A stretch of DNA of 64,000 nucleotides from an uncultured Ignavibacteria bacterium (GTDB lineage: Bacteria; Bacteroidota; Ignavibacteria; Ignavibacteriales; Ignavibacteriaceae), in contig CAVQMC010000001.1 of the NCBI GenBank assembly GCA_963713505.1, positions 29,171-93,170 of the forward strand, written 5' to 3'. Positions within the stretch are counted from its first letter, which is position 1, and each line of letters starts with the position of its first letter. This document shows positions 39,490 through 49,353 of the stretch, one piece after another. The notes under the pieces are model-generated. The model searched no databases and was not told where the DNA came from. It saw only the letters and a list, made by a program, of their open reading frames with translations. A program made the position numbers and the translations under genes.

Positions 39490-40925
39490 ACAAAGACTTG
39501 AAAAAAGTTTTTGCTAAAACTAAAATATTATGTACAGTTGGACCTGCAACTTCATCGCCTGAAAATATAAAAGAATTAATTCGCTGCGGTGCGGATGGAA
39601 TTAGAATGAATTTTTCTCATGGAAATTATGAATTCTTTACAAATGTTTTTAAAACTTTAAATGATGTATGCAAAGAAGAAGAGACTTCAGTTTCAGTTTT
39701 GATTGATTTGCAGGGACCGAAGATTAGAATTGGAGAACTTGAAGAAAAAGAATTCGAAATAAGATCCGGCGATACAATTGAAATTACGATCGATGATATT
39801 AAAGGTAATAAAAATATTATCTCAACATCCTACAAGTCTCTGGTTTCAGACTCAAATATCGGCGAGATAATATTAATTGATGACGGATTAATCAAACTAA
39901 AAATAATTGAAAAGAAGGAACATTCAGTTATTTGTAACGTTGAAAATGGTGGAACTATTCGTCCTAAAAAAGGTATGAATTTACCGGATATGAAATTATC
40001 AACTCCTTCTGTAACTGAAAAAGATTTTAAAAATTTAGAATTTGCTTTACAAAACAGAGTCGATTACATCGCTTTATCATTTGTACGGAAAGCATCGGAT
40101 ATTAAAGAATTAAAATCCTGGTTAAAAGAAAGAAATTTTGAAAAACCAATAATTGCAAAAATTGAAAAGAAAGAAGGCGTGGATAATTTCGATGAAATAT
40201 TAGAAGAAGCAGATGGAATTATGGTCGCAAGAGGAGACTTAGGTGTTGAAATGCATCCGCAGGATGTTCCGGTTATTCAAAAAGAAATAATAAAAAAATG
40301 TAATGCTGTTGGTAAGCTGGTAATAACTGCAACTCAAATGCTTGAATCAATGATAAATAATCCAATCCCGACTCGAGCAGAAGCTTCGGATGTAGCAAAT
40401 GCCGTTTGGGACGGAACCGATGTTGTTATGCTCAGCGGAGAAACAAGCATCGGAAAATTTCCGAATAAGAGCGTTGAAGTTATGAATGATATTATTAAAA
40501 TGGCCGAGCAGCATTTGATTTCGCGGAAGGGAACAGATTTTAAAGTACCCGTTGATGTTGGAGAAAATTTGTTTGATTCAGTAGGAAGAGCTGTTTGTTC
40601 AATTGGTAAACAAATAAATGCATGCGTGATTGCAGCTTTTACTTTTCAAGGAAGAACTGCGATTAATATTTCAAAGTTCAGACCGAATGCAAAAATAATA
40701 GCGTTTTCCAACAGCTATGATACTATTACTAAACTTTGTTTAAGATGGGGAGTCGCTTCATATTATTTTGAAGATATAGATAAAGAACATATGGCAATTG
40801 ATAAAGTAAAAAATATTTTGCTCGAAGCCGGAGAAGTTAAGGAAGGCGATGTTGTTATTTTCACTGCCGGCGCGCCTTATTCTGAAAAAAGCAGAGCAAG
40901 CTGGATTAAATTTGAAATAATTTAA
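39486..40925 (+). CDS. pyk: pyruvate kinase
   Basis: IRMNFSHG, MVARGDLGVE, ATQMLESM and MLSGETS motifs. The ATG overlaps the upstream stop (ATGA). Confidence 0.95.
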   Translation: MNKDLKKVFAKTKILCTVGPATSSPENIKELIRCGADGIRMNFSHGNYEFFTNVFKTLNDVCKEEETSVSVLIDLQGPKIRIGELEEKEFEIRSGDTIEITIDDIKGNKNIISTSYKSLVSDSNIGEIILIDDGLIKLKIIEKKEHSVICNVENGGTIRPKKGMNLPDMKLSTPSVTEKDFKNLEFALQNRVDYIALSFVRKASDIKELKSWLKERNFEKPIIAKIEKKEGVDNFDEILEEADGIMVARGDLGVEMHPQDVPVIQKEIIKKCNAVGKLVITATQMLESMINNPIPTRAEASDVANAVWDGTDVVMLSGETSIGKFPNKSVEVMNDIIKMAEQHLISRKGTDFKVPVDVGENLFDSVGRAVCSIGKQINACVIAAFTFQGRTAINISKFRPNAKIIAFSNSYDTITKLCLRWGVASYYFEDIDKEHMAIDKVKNILLEAGEVKEGDVVIFTAGAPYSEKSRASWIKFEII

Positions 40926-40985
40926 AATTAATATAAATTGTATTTAGGTTTTTAACCTTTGATTTATGTTTGAGGAGATGATAAA

Positions 40986-42029
40986 ATGCAAAGAGATTAT
41001 GCAGAAAGAGAAATAAAATATCAAAAGTTAGCTAAATGGTGGGAACCCGCAGAAAAAAATAAAATCCTATGTACGCTTTGCCCCAGATATTGTAAGATTG
41101 GTGAAGGTCAACCAGGATTCTGTTACATTAGACAAAACCACGGCGGAAAACTTTATACAATTGGTTACGGCAGACCAACAGGATTTGCAATTGATCCAAT
41201 TGAAAAAAAACCTTTAAATCATTTTTTACCAGGAACTGAAGTATTAAGTTTTGGAACTGCAGGATGTAATTTGGGATGTAAGTTTTGCCAGAACTGGTCT
41301 ATAAGTAAAGCTAAGCTTGATGAATCAAACTCTTTAATTGCCGAGCCGGAAGATGTTGTTAAATTAGCAAAAAATTATCGCACACCGTCAATAGCATATA
41401 CTTATAATGATCCAACAATTTTTGGTGAATATGTGATAGACATTTCTAAAACCGCCCGGGAAGAAGGAATAAAATCAGTAATGGTTACTGCTGGATATAT
41501 TGATAAAAATGCTAGAAAAGAAATTTATCAATATATAGATGCAGCCAATGTAGATTTAAAAGGATTTACTGAAAGATTTTATAACAAAGTTACTTTTTCC
41601 AGTTTAAAGGATGTGTTGGATACTTTAATCTGGTTAAAAAATGAAACCGATATTTGGTTTGAAATTACAACTTTATTAATTCCAGGTGAGAATGATTCTT
41701 CCGAAGAAATAAAAGATGAATGCAACTGGATTCTAGAAAATTTAGGTGATTCTGTTCCTCTTCATTTTACTGCATTTCATCCGGATTTTAGAATGACTGA
41801 TAAAAACAGAACTCCTGTATCAACTTTAAACAATGCAAGAAATATTGCATTAAGTTCAGGAATAAAATTTTGCTATGTTGGTAATGTCCATAATACAAAA
41901 GGACAAACTACATATTGTCCAAATTGTAATTCTGTTTTAATAAAAAGGGATTGGCATTCCGTAAATAAATATAACTTAATTGATAACAGATGTCCGAAGT
42001 GTAATTCTATTATTCCAGGAGTATTTTAA
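40986..42029 (+). CDS. AmmeMemoRadiSam-system-type radical SAM enzyme
   Basis: An N-terminal Cys cluster (CTLCPRYCKIGEGQPGFC) precedes the radical SAM CNLGCKFCQNW motif. C-terminal CPNC...CPKC zinc ribbon. Confidence 0.75.
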   Translation: MQRDYAEREIKYQKLAKWWEPAEKNKILCTLCPRYCKIGEGQPGFCYIRQNHGGKLYTIGYGRPTGFAIDPIEKKPLNHFLPGTEVLSFGTAGCNLGCKFCQNWSISKAKLDESNSLIAEPEDVVKLAKNYRTPSIAYTYNDPTIFGEYVIDISKTAREEGIKSVMVTAGYIDKNARKEIYQYIDAANVDLKGFTERFYNKVTFSSLKDVLDTLIWLKNETDIWFEITTLLIPGENDSSEEIKDECNWILENLGDSVPLHFTAFHPDFRMTDKNRTPVSTLNNARNIALSSGIKFCYVGNVHNTKGQTTYCPNCNSVLIKRDWHSVNKYNLIDNRCPKCNSIIPGVF

Positions 42030-42144
42030 TTTTAATCTTTGATTCGTTTCATTCCTTTTGTAATGCTCCATTTTTACGCTAATTATTTTTAACTTTAAAA
42101 TTAATATAAATATATTTCTGTCTTGAAACTAAAAGGTAATTAAC

Positions 42145-42918
42145 ATGGGAAATCTCTTAAATAAAATAGTATTTATAACCGGTGCTTCTTCAGGAATCGG
42201 GAAATCATGTGCCGTAGAATTTGCAAAAGAAGGTGCCAATCTTATTTTATGTGCCAGAAGAATTGATAAATTAAATGAATTATCAGACAAATTAGAAAAA
42301 GAATATAAAATCAAAATTAAAAATATCGAACTTGATGTTAGAAATTATGAAGATATCAAAAAAGCTGTTGCCGGTTTAGAAAAAGAATGGAAAAATGTAA
42401 ATATTTTAGTTAATAATGCTGGTTTGGCAAGAGGATTTAGTAAAGTATTTGAAGGTGATATAGATGCTTGGAATGAAATGATCGATACAAATGTTAAAGG
42501 TTTGCTGCATGTAACCAGGGAAATTTTACCTTTAATGGTTGAGCAGAAAAACGGGCATATAATTAATATTGGTTCAACTGCCGGACATGAAGTTTACGCA
42601 AATGGAAATGTTTATGCTGCAACTAAATTTGCTGTTAAAGCATTAACACAATCCATCCGTATAGATGTTCTTGATAAAAATATAAAAGTTAGTTCAGTTG
42701 ATCCCGGAATGGTAGAAACAGAATTTAGTAAAGTTAGATTTTATGGAGATGAAGTGAAAGCTAACCAAGTTTATAACGGTTTAAAACCTTTAACACCGGA
42801 CGATGTTGCAAATGCAGTTTTATTCTGTGCAACCCGTCCGGCGCATGTAAACATAAATGAAGTTATTTTAACACCAATTAATCAGGCTTCATCAACACAA
42901 GTTTTTAGGGAATCATAG
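42145..42918 (+). CDS. SDR-family NADP-dependent oxidoreductase (YdfG-like)
   Basis: TGASSGIG cofactor motif, NNAG, and catalytic YAATK. Confidence 0.85.
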   Translation: MGNLLNKIVFITGASSGIGKSCAVEFAKEGANLILCARRIDKLNELSDKLEKEYKIKIKNIELDVRNYEDIKKAVAGLEKEWKNVNILVNNAGLARGFSKVFEGDIDAWNEMIDTNVKGLLHVTREILPLMVEQKNGHIINIGSTAGHEVYANGNVYAATKFAVKALTQSIRIDVLDKNIKVSSVDPGMVETEFSKVRFYGDEVKANQVYNGLKPLTPDDVANAVLFCATRPAHVNINEVILTPINQASSTQVFRES

Positions 42919-42934
42919 TCGGCAAAAATTAATT

Positions 42935-43549
42935 TTAACCGACAAATAAACTAACATCTCCGGCACCTGTTCTTATGACTTCAGGTTCATCGGAGCTTAA
43001 ATCTATTACACTAGACGGTTCCCCGCTCAAGTTGCCGGAAGCAAGCATTAGATCTACTTGAGAATTAAAAATATTTTTAATTTCAAAAGGATCCATCAAT
43101 ATTGCTCCCTTTCTGCTTGTAACGCTTGTGCTTATAATAGGATTTCCCAATTCTTTAACTAAGGTTAAAGTTATATTATGATTTGGGACTCTTATTCCTA
43201 CAGTCTTTCTTTTGCTCCAAAGCTTTTTGGGAACCAGTTTTGCAGCAGGCAAAATGAAAGTATAAGGTCCGGGCAATAAATGCTTCATCATGCGATATGC
43301 ATAATCCGAAACTTTTGCATATTTTGCAATATCTTTCAAATCTGAACAAACAAAACTAAATAATTTACTTTCTGCTTCATTTTTAATATAAAATATTCTT
43401 TCAATTGCTTCTTTATTAAAAATATCACATCCGATGCCGTAAACAGTGTCAGTTGGATAAATTATAACTCCCCCATTTTTAAGAACTTCTACAGCTTTAT
43501 TTATATATCTTAACTGAGGATTATCAGAATGAAGTTCAAAATATTCCAT
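42935..43549 (-). CDS. tsaC: L-threonylcarbamoyladenylate synthase (TsaC/YrdC family)
   Basis: YPTDTVYGIGCD and VGIRVP...SG blocks. 204 aa, single-domain YrdC type. Confidence 0.85.
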   Translation of the reverse strand: MEYFELHSDNPQLRYINKAVEVLKNGGVIIYPTDTVYGIGCDIFNKEAIERIFYIKNEAESKLFSFVCSDLKDIAKYAKVSDYAYRMMKHLLPGPYTFILPAAKLVPKKLWSKRKTVGIRVPNHNITLTLVKELGNPIISTSVTSRKGAILMDPFEIKNIFNSQVDLMLASGNLSGEPSSVIDLSSDEPEVIRTGAGDVSLFVG

Positions 43550-43809
43550 TTCTTATTCCTTTCTAATCAATTAAAAATAGTTAAATTTGAGGGTTTTTGA
43601 TTCTGAAGGCCGATAATTACAATAATTTTTCTACATATAAAGATAAAACTTAATTCATCATTTTCAACAAAAATCGTATTCTAATGTGACAATTTCCAAA
43701 AAATTTAATTTAGCTCTATTTTTTAGTAATTATTATATGAATTAATAAAATTTTTATTATATTTATTTTCTATATTTAAAAAATTGGGAAAGATAATTAG
43801 GAGAAATCA

Positions 43810-44049
43810 ATGTCCAGAAGATGTCAAGTTAGCGGTATAGGGCCGATAACAGGAAATAATGTATCTCATGCTCATAACAGATCCAAGAGAAGGTTTTTAC
43901 CCAATTTACAAAAGAAAAGAATTTGGGTTCAAGAATTAAACAGGTTTGTAACAATTAAATTATCTGCAAAATCGTTAAAAAGTATATCTAAAAACGGAAC
44001 TGCAGAAATTGCAAAACTCATAAAAGAGAAAAAGATTAAAGTAAGATAA
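43810..44049 (+). CDS. rpmB: 50S ribosomal protein L28
   Basis: MSRRCQVSG...[20 protein letters not shown] signature. Confidence 0.95.
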   Translation: MSRRCQVSGIGPITGNNVSHAHNRSKRRFLPNLQKKRIWVQELNRFVTIKLSAKSLKSISKNGTAEIAKLIKEKKIKVR

Positions 44050-44074
44050 ACTTTACTGAATATTTTAAAATAAA

Positions 44075-44102
44075 AAAGGAAAGCATATAGCTTTCCTTTT
44101 TT
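44075..44102. terminator. bidirectional hairpin terminator between rpmB and rplI
   Basis: Stem AAAGGAAAGC / GCTTTCCTTT with a 5-nt loop, A-run upstream and T-run downstream. Confidence 0.75.
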
Positions 44103-44119
44103 AATTAATAAAGTTAAGA

Positions 44120-44563
44120 TTACTCTCTCACAACCCAAACTTTAATTTTTGCACTAACTTTAGGATGAAGTTTAATGTTTATTCCGTAAATTCCTAAAGA
44201 TTTAATAGTCTCTTCTATCTCAATTTTTCTTCTGTCTATATCATAACCTTTTTCTTTAAGAGCATCTGCAATCATTTGAGTGGTAACAGATCCGAATATC
44301 TTGTCTTCTTCACCAACTTGTACAGGAATAGTAACCGAAACTTTTTCCAACTCGGCAGATAACGATTCAGCTGCACTAAGCTCTTGTTGAATTTTCTTCT
44401 CTGCAATCTTCTTTTCTTCCTCAAGGGCTTGAATATTACCTTTTAATGCTGCATAAGCAATACCTCTTGGAATTAAGTAGTTTCTTGCATAACCATCTTT
44501 AACATCAATCAACTCTCCGATTGATCCTAAAGATTCATAGTTTTGCCTCAAAATTACTTTCAT
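44120..44563 (-). CDS. rplI: 50S ribosomal protein L9
   Basis: MKVILRQNYESLGSIGELIDVKDGYARNYLIPRG N-terminal signature. Confidence 0.95.
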   Translation of the reverse strand: MKVILRQNYESLGSIGELIDVKDGYARNYLIPRGIAYAALKGNIQALEEEKKIAEKKIQQELSAAESLSAELEKVSVTIPVQVGEEDKIFGSVTTQMIADALKEKGYDIDRRKIEIEETIKSLGIYGINIKLHPKVSAKIKVWVVRE

Positions 44564-44583
44564 TTTTTCTCCTAAAATTAAAA

Positions 44584-44814
44584 CTATCTTACAGTGTCTG
44601 AAACATAAGGCAATAAAGCCATATGCCTAGCGCGTTTTATAGCAATAGATAGTTGTCTTTGATACTTTGAACTTGTGCCTGTAATTCTTTTGGGAATTAT
44701 TTTACCCTGTTCTGTAACATATTTCTGGAGCATTTTAACATCTTTATAATCAATATATTTAATGTTGTTTTGGGTAAATCTACAGACTTTTTTTGTTTTA
44801 ATTTCTTTTTTCAT
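44584..44814 (-). CDS. rpsR: 30S ribosomal protein S18
   Basis: [26 protein letters not shown]...[18 protein letters not shown] signature. Confidence 0.95.
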   Translation of the reverse strand: MKKEIKTKKVCRFTQNNIKYIDYKDVKMLQKYVTEQGKIIPKRITGTSSKYQRQLSIAIKRARHMALLPYVSDTVR

Positions 44815-44828
44815 TTAATCATCCAATT

Positions 44829-45317
44829 TTATTTTAACAAATCAGACTCTTCACTTGATAAAAACTTATCAAAAGAATCCTCTGTATAATCAACATTATC
44901 GGTATCATCATCTGAAGCACTATCATCATCATTGTAATCACTTGTACCGTTTTCATTATCATTTGTTCTTAATCTTTTATTAAGGAACTGAATTCTCCTG
45001 GCTTTAATTTCAACGATACTTCTATTATGGCCATCTTCAGACTTCCAACTTCTGCTTTGAAGTTCTCCATCAACTAAGACGGCAGATCCTTTTTTAAGTC
45101 TATCTCTGCAGCTTTCTGCAAGTTTATTCCACGCTACAATGCCAACATAACAAACATCCTCCTGCCATTGATTTGAACTATCTTTATATTTTCTATTTGA
45201 AGCAATAGAAAAGTTTACAACAGGGGTCTGGTTTGTGGTCTGCCGAAATATGGGATCTTTAGTTAAGTTTCCAGCAACTATCACGTAATTTATTTCGGGC
45301 ATTTTCAGATCGGCCAT
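44829..45317 (-). CDS. ssb: single-stranded DNA-binding protein
   Basis: OB-fold SSB pattern (NYVIVAGNLTKDP...VNFSIASN...VAWNKLAE...LVDGELQSRSW). Sits in the conserved rpsF-ssb-rpsR position. The acidic tail lacks a canonical IPF/LPF tip. Confidence 0.9.
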   Translation of the reverse strand: MADLKMPEINYVIVAGNLTKDPIFRQTTNQTPVVNFSIASNRKYKDSSNQWQEDVCYVGIVAWNKLAESCRDRLKKGSAVLVDGELQSRSWKSEDGHNRSIVEIKARRIQFLNKRLRTNDNENGTSDYNDDDSASDDDTDNVDYTEDSFDKFLSSEESDLLK

Positions 45318-45351
45318 GGTTTTACCTCCATCTATATCTTAGATTTATTAA

Positions 45352-45777
45352 TTAATTCGCTGTCTCTTTTGTGTCGTTTTCATTTTCTTCAGACTGATTT
45401 TTTTCACCTTCTTTGGAAGAAGATTCGGAATCAGTTACCGGAGCAGCAGTTTCTTTTTTATTTTTTTCTAACTGCTCCAAGGCATCACTATCTAAATGAA
45501 CCGTAAGAAATCGTAAAATTTGTTCATCTAGAGAATAAAATCTATCTAACTTGGAAACGATGGTAGGTGGAGCATCAAACCGGAAAATAGCATAATAACC
45601 AATTTTGCTTTTTTCGACCATGTAGGCCAACCTTTTTCGGCCCCAGTTTTCTACCTCTCTAACTTCCCCTCCGTTAGATTTGATAGTCTCATGAATTCTG
45701 GAAATTATCTCATTGATTTGTTCATCATCAAGTGCGGCATTAATTAAAACAGCACTTTCATAAACTTTATTCTTCAT
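45352..45777 (-). CDS. rpsF: 30S ribosomal protein S6 with acidic C-terminal extension
   Basis: YESAVLINAALDDEQ...WGRKRLAY...GYYAIFRF signature. Confidence 0.9.
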   Translation of the reverse strand: MKNKVYESAVLINAALDDEQINEIISRIHETIKSNGGEVREVENWGRKRLAYMVEKSKIGYYAIFRFDAPPTIVSKLDRFYSLDEQILRFLTVHLDSDALEQLEKNKKETAAPVTDSESSSKEGEKNQSEENENDTKETAN

Positions 45778-45864
45778 TAACTAAATCCTCCTATGGACAT
45801 TTACGGCCTTCTTCCGAAAAGAAGGCAGGAGTTTATAAATATTTTTACTAAATCAAGCACAAAT
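45778..45864 (-). promoter_or_regulatory. structured 5' leader of the rpsF operon (possible S6:S18-binding leader)
   Basis: The minus strand reads CTCCT-GCCTTCTT-ttcg-GAAGAAGGC-cgtaaatgtccat-AGGAGG-atttagtta-ATG. That is an 8-bp hairpin flanked by an anti-SD (CTCCT) able to pair with the SD. Confidence 0.3.
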
Positions 45865-48067
45865 TTATTTAATTAACGGAGCAATTACAAGTGAAACTAC
45901 AGCCATTAATTTAATTAAATATATTCAAAGAAGGTCCCGAAGTATCTTTAAATGGATCACCAACCGTATCTCCAACAACAGCAGCTTTGTGCGGATCAGA
46001 ACCTTTGTGATATTCTTCGCCATTAATTTCAATACCTTCCTCAAACATTTTTTTAGCATTATCCCATGCGCCGCCTGCATTTGACTGGAAAATAGCCATT
46101 AGAACGCCAGTAACAGTTACACCTGCTAGTAATCCACCAAGCATTTCAGGACTTCCCGCAAATCCTACCAACACCGGAGCAAGCACAGCTAAAAGACCCG
46201 GAATAATCATTTCTCTAATTGCAGCACTTGTTGAAATGGCAACACATTTACCGTATTCTGCAACTCCGTCTGCATCTTCAAAAGTTTTTTTGTCATCGCT
46301 GGGCCAAGAATCAAACTCTGCACCTTCATTTTTTTTCATTACTTTTAAAGCATTTGCAAGAGCAGGAATTGTATTAAACTGCCTTCTAACTTCTTCTATC
46401 ATAGACATTGCTGCTCTGCCAACAGCCTTCATTGCAAGTGCACTAAATAAGAAAGGAAGCATGCCTCCCAAAAATAAACCGGCCATCACATCGGCCTTAG
46501 AAATATCAATTGTGTGAATATGAGCAGCCGTCATAAAAGCGCCGAACAAAGCTAATGCAGTTAGTGCAGCGGATCCTATAGCAAAACCTTTTCCGATTGC
46601 TGCGGTTGTATTTCCGACTGCATCCAACTTATCTGTTCTTTGTCTAACTTCTTTTGGTAATTCAGACATTTCAGCAATTCCGCCGGCATTATCCGAAATT
46701 GGACCGTAAGCATCGACAGCTAATTGAATTCCAGTATTTGAAAGCATACCAACTGCAGCAATAGCGATTCCGTATAATCCGCCAAAACTAAATGCGCCTA
46801 TTATAGATGCAGCAATAATAATAATCGGAATAGCGGTTGAAACCATTCCATTACCAATTCCAGCAATAATATTAGTAGCAGCACCTGTTAATGACTGTCT
46901 TACAATACCGTAAACGGGTTTTTTGTAAGTTCCAGTATAATATTCTGTTACAATTCCAATTAATACTCCGGCTACAAGTCCAATTACAGTTGCAATAAAA
47001 ATGCCTGTAGAAGTAATAGTATAAGTTGTACCATATAAAGCATCCTTGTAAGTCCAGCTTGAAGGCAATATCCATTCAATAATAAAATACATTGCAACTA
47101 TCATTATTATTGATGAGCCAAATTCACCTCTGTTTAATGCTTTCTGAGGATTTCCGCCTTCTTTAACTTTAACTAAAAAAGTACCAAGCACTGACATTAT
47201 AATGCCAACACCTGCAATAACTAAAGGTAATATAACTCCTCCTAAACCGCCGAATTTAGAGGCAAACTCAGGAAGCTCAGAAAATGCAGCTCCAAGAACC
47301 ATTGTTCCTACTATTGAACCTACATAAGATTCAAATAAATCAGCGCCCATTCCAGCAACATCGCCAACATTATCACCAACATTATCTGCTATTGTGGCAG
47401 GATTTAAATGGTGATCTTCAGGTATTCCGGCCTCAACTTTTCCGACTAGATCTGCACCGACATCTGCAGCTTTGGTATAAATTCCACCGCCTACACGTGC
47501 AAATAATGCAATTGAGGATGCACCAAATGAAAAACCGGTTAAAACCGTTATAACTCTTTCTACATTGGCAGCCGAAGCAACACCAAAAAGGTCACTATAA
47601 AAAAGGAATAAAACACCTAATCCAAGAACTCCCAAACCAACAACACCTAAGCCCATTACCGAACCGCCGGCAAATGCAATTTCCAAGGCTTTGCCTAAAC
47701 TAGTTCTTGCTGCATTAGCAGTACGAACGTTAGCTTTTGTAGCTACTCTCATTCCAATAAAACCTGCAAGAGCAGAGCAAAAAGCACCAACAAGAAATGA
47801 AAGCGCAATTAATGGCGAGGATGTTTCCGAGTCCGCAGAAACGCCTAGTAAAATAGCTACACAAATAACAAATATTATAAGTACTTTATATTCCGATTTA
47901 AGAAATGCCATAGCACCTTCTGCAATATGGTCGGAAATATTTTTCATTTTTTCCGTTCCGATTTCCTGCTTTGAAATCCAAGAAGATTTCCAGAAGGTAT
48001 AAATGAGAGCTAAAACTCCAAACAATGGAATGATATTAACTAGTGTGTTCATTATCCGAATCTCCAT
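45865..48067 (-). pseudogene. hppA: K+-dependent-type membrane H+(/Na+)-translocating pyrophosphatase, frameshift 16 codons before the true stop
   Basis: [29 protein letters not shown] and [10 protein letters not shown] motifs (Ala in GNTTAA indicates the K+-dependent subfamily). The ORF stops at 45911 (..SLNIFN*). Removing one base of the A3/T3 run at 45917..45919 gives the conserved ending [21 protein letters not shown] at 45865. Confidence 0.9.
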
Positions 48068-48095
48068 TTAGCTGATTTTCTGATTTATTATTTCC

Positions 48096-48671
48096 CTTAT
48101 TGATTTAATAGCCTGCTATTGGAATCCAGCATTTGCTTGACTCCGCCCAAAATGAATTCTCTAATTAATATTGATGTATCTTTGAAACAATTTTCCAGTA
48201 AGATCAATTCATTCTTTTGAAAAATCACTCAATACATAAGACGACATCATACCTTTTTCAAAGTTGTTTCCAACACCTAATCTAATTCTGGGAAAGTTAT
48301 CGGAATTGATATGATATATCATTGAGCTTAATCCGTTATGTCCGCCATCGCTGCCTGCTGCTTTAATTCTGAATGCACCTGTTTCTAAATTAACATCATC
48401 TATTATTACAAGTAAATCTTTTACATCAATTATATAACTATCAAGGACTTGTTTAGCGGCAATTCCGCTGTTATTAACAAAAGTAGTCGGTTTAATTAAT
48501 AAATATGAAGATTCGCCAGATACTGCCTTCAACAAAATAATAATCATTTTTTGAAGGGGAAAATGACATTGAATGTTGATCGGCAAAATAATCTAAAAGC
48601 ATAAACCCTGCATTATGTCTATTCAAACTGTATTTATTACCCGGATTACCAATTCCTAAGACAGCGCGCAC
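48096..48671 (-). pseudogene. pth: peptidyl-tRNA hydrolase, at least two frameshifts
   Basis: A GTG at 48671 gives [29 protein letters not shown] (Pth N-terminus). The middle frame carries LLIKPTTFVNNSG...IIDDVNLETGAFRIKAAGSDGGHNGLSS...RIRLGVG. After the stop at 48209, a third frame reads ELILLENCFKDTSILIREFILGGVKQMLDSNSRLLNQ*, ending at 48096. Confidence 0.8.
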
Positions 48672-49334
48672 TTATTATTTTATTTTCGTTTTGTTCTTCG
48701 CCTTTACCTTTTCCAATAACTTCCGGCTCTGCACTTTCTTCTTCAGCTTCGGTTTCAGCTTCTTCTGTCAAAGCTTCTTTTTCTACTTTAGGATGTACTA
48801 CAGAAACAATAACGGAATCTTCGGGATTTAATAAAACAACATCGGCAACAGAAATATCACTTACGTGAATTGAATCGCCAATTTTTAAATCAGCAATATT
48901 TATATCTATATGCTGAGGAATATCTTTCGGCAAACATTCAACTTCAAGTTTATGTATTAATTGCTGAATTATTCCGCCTTCCTTAACACCTATCAGGAGA
49001 GCCATGTAATCTGCACGGGCACTTCCAACTGAAATTTCTCACCTTTTGTTAATCCTAAAAGGTCGAAATGCATTATTCTATCCGTTAATGGATCAAATTG
49101 AACATCTTTTATAATGCATTCATGTTCTTCATGGCCTTCTAAATTTATAGAAATAAGATGAGTTTCAGATGTAAAAACAAACGGTTTAATTGATTTTTCC
49201 GTTACTTCTAAATGAATAGGTTTATCATGTTTAGAATAATAAACAGCAGGGACTTTTCCACTTCTCCTTAATGAATTCAAAGTGGATTTTCCAAATTCTT
49301 TTCTTTCTTTTGCTTCTAAGGTTACTTTTTCCAT
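48646..49334 (-). pseudogene. rplY: 50S ribosomal protein L25 / general stress protein Ctc form, frameshifted between its two domains
   Basis: The N-terminal domain (RRSGKVPAVYY...FDPLTDRIMHFDL) stops at 48993. The C-terminal domain ([26 protein letters not shown]...IGDSIHVSD) continues in another frame from 49005. Confidence 0.85.
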
Positions 49335-49353
49335 AATTTCTCCAAAAAACTAT

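Noticed and set aside
42917-42942. Short hairpin GTCGG...CCGAC spanning the ends of the SDR and tsaC genes
   Set aside because: Only a 5-bp stem with a 16-nt AT loop, overlapping both coding ends. Too weak to call a terminator.
46236-48002. Plus-strand ORFs of 89-103 aa (46236..46517, 47284..47553, 47691..48002) and a 67-aa minus-strand ORF (46872..47075) inside the pyrophosphatase gene
   Set aside because: They lie antisense or out of frame within a strongly supported conserved CDS. Their sequences are low-complexity and Ala/Ser/Leu/Gln-rich, typical of shadow ORFs in a locally GC-richer gene.
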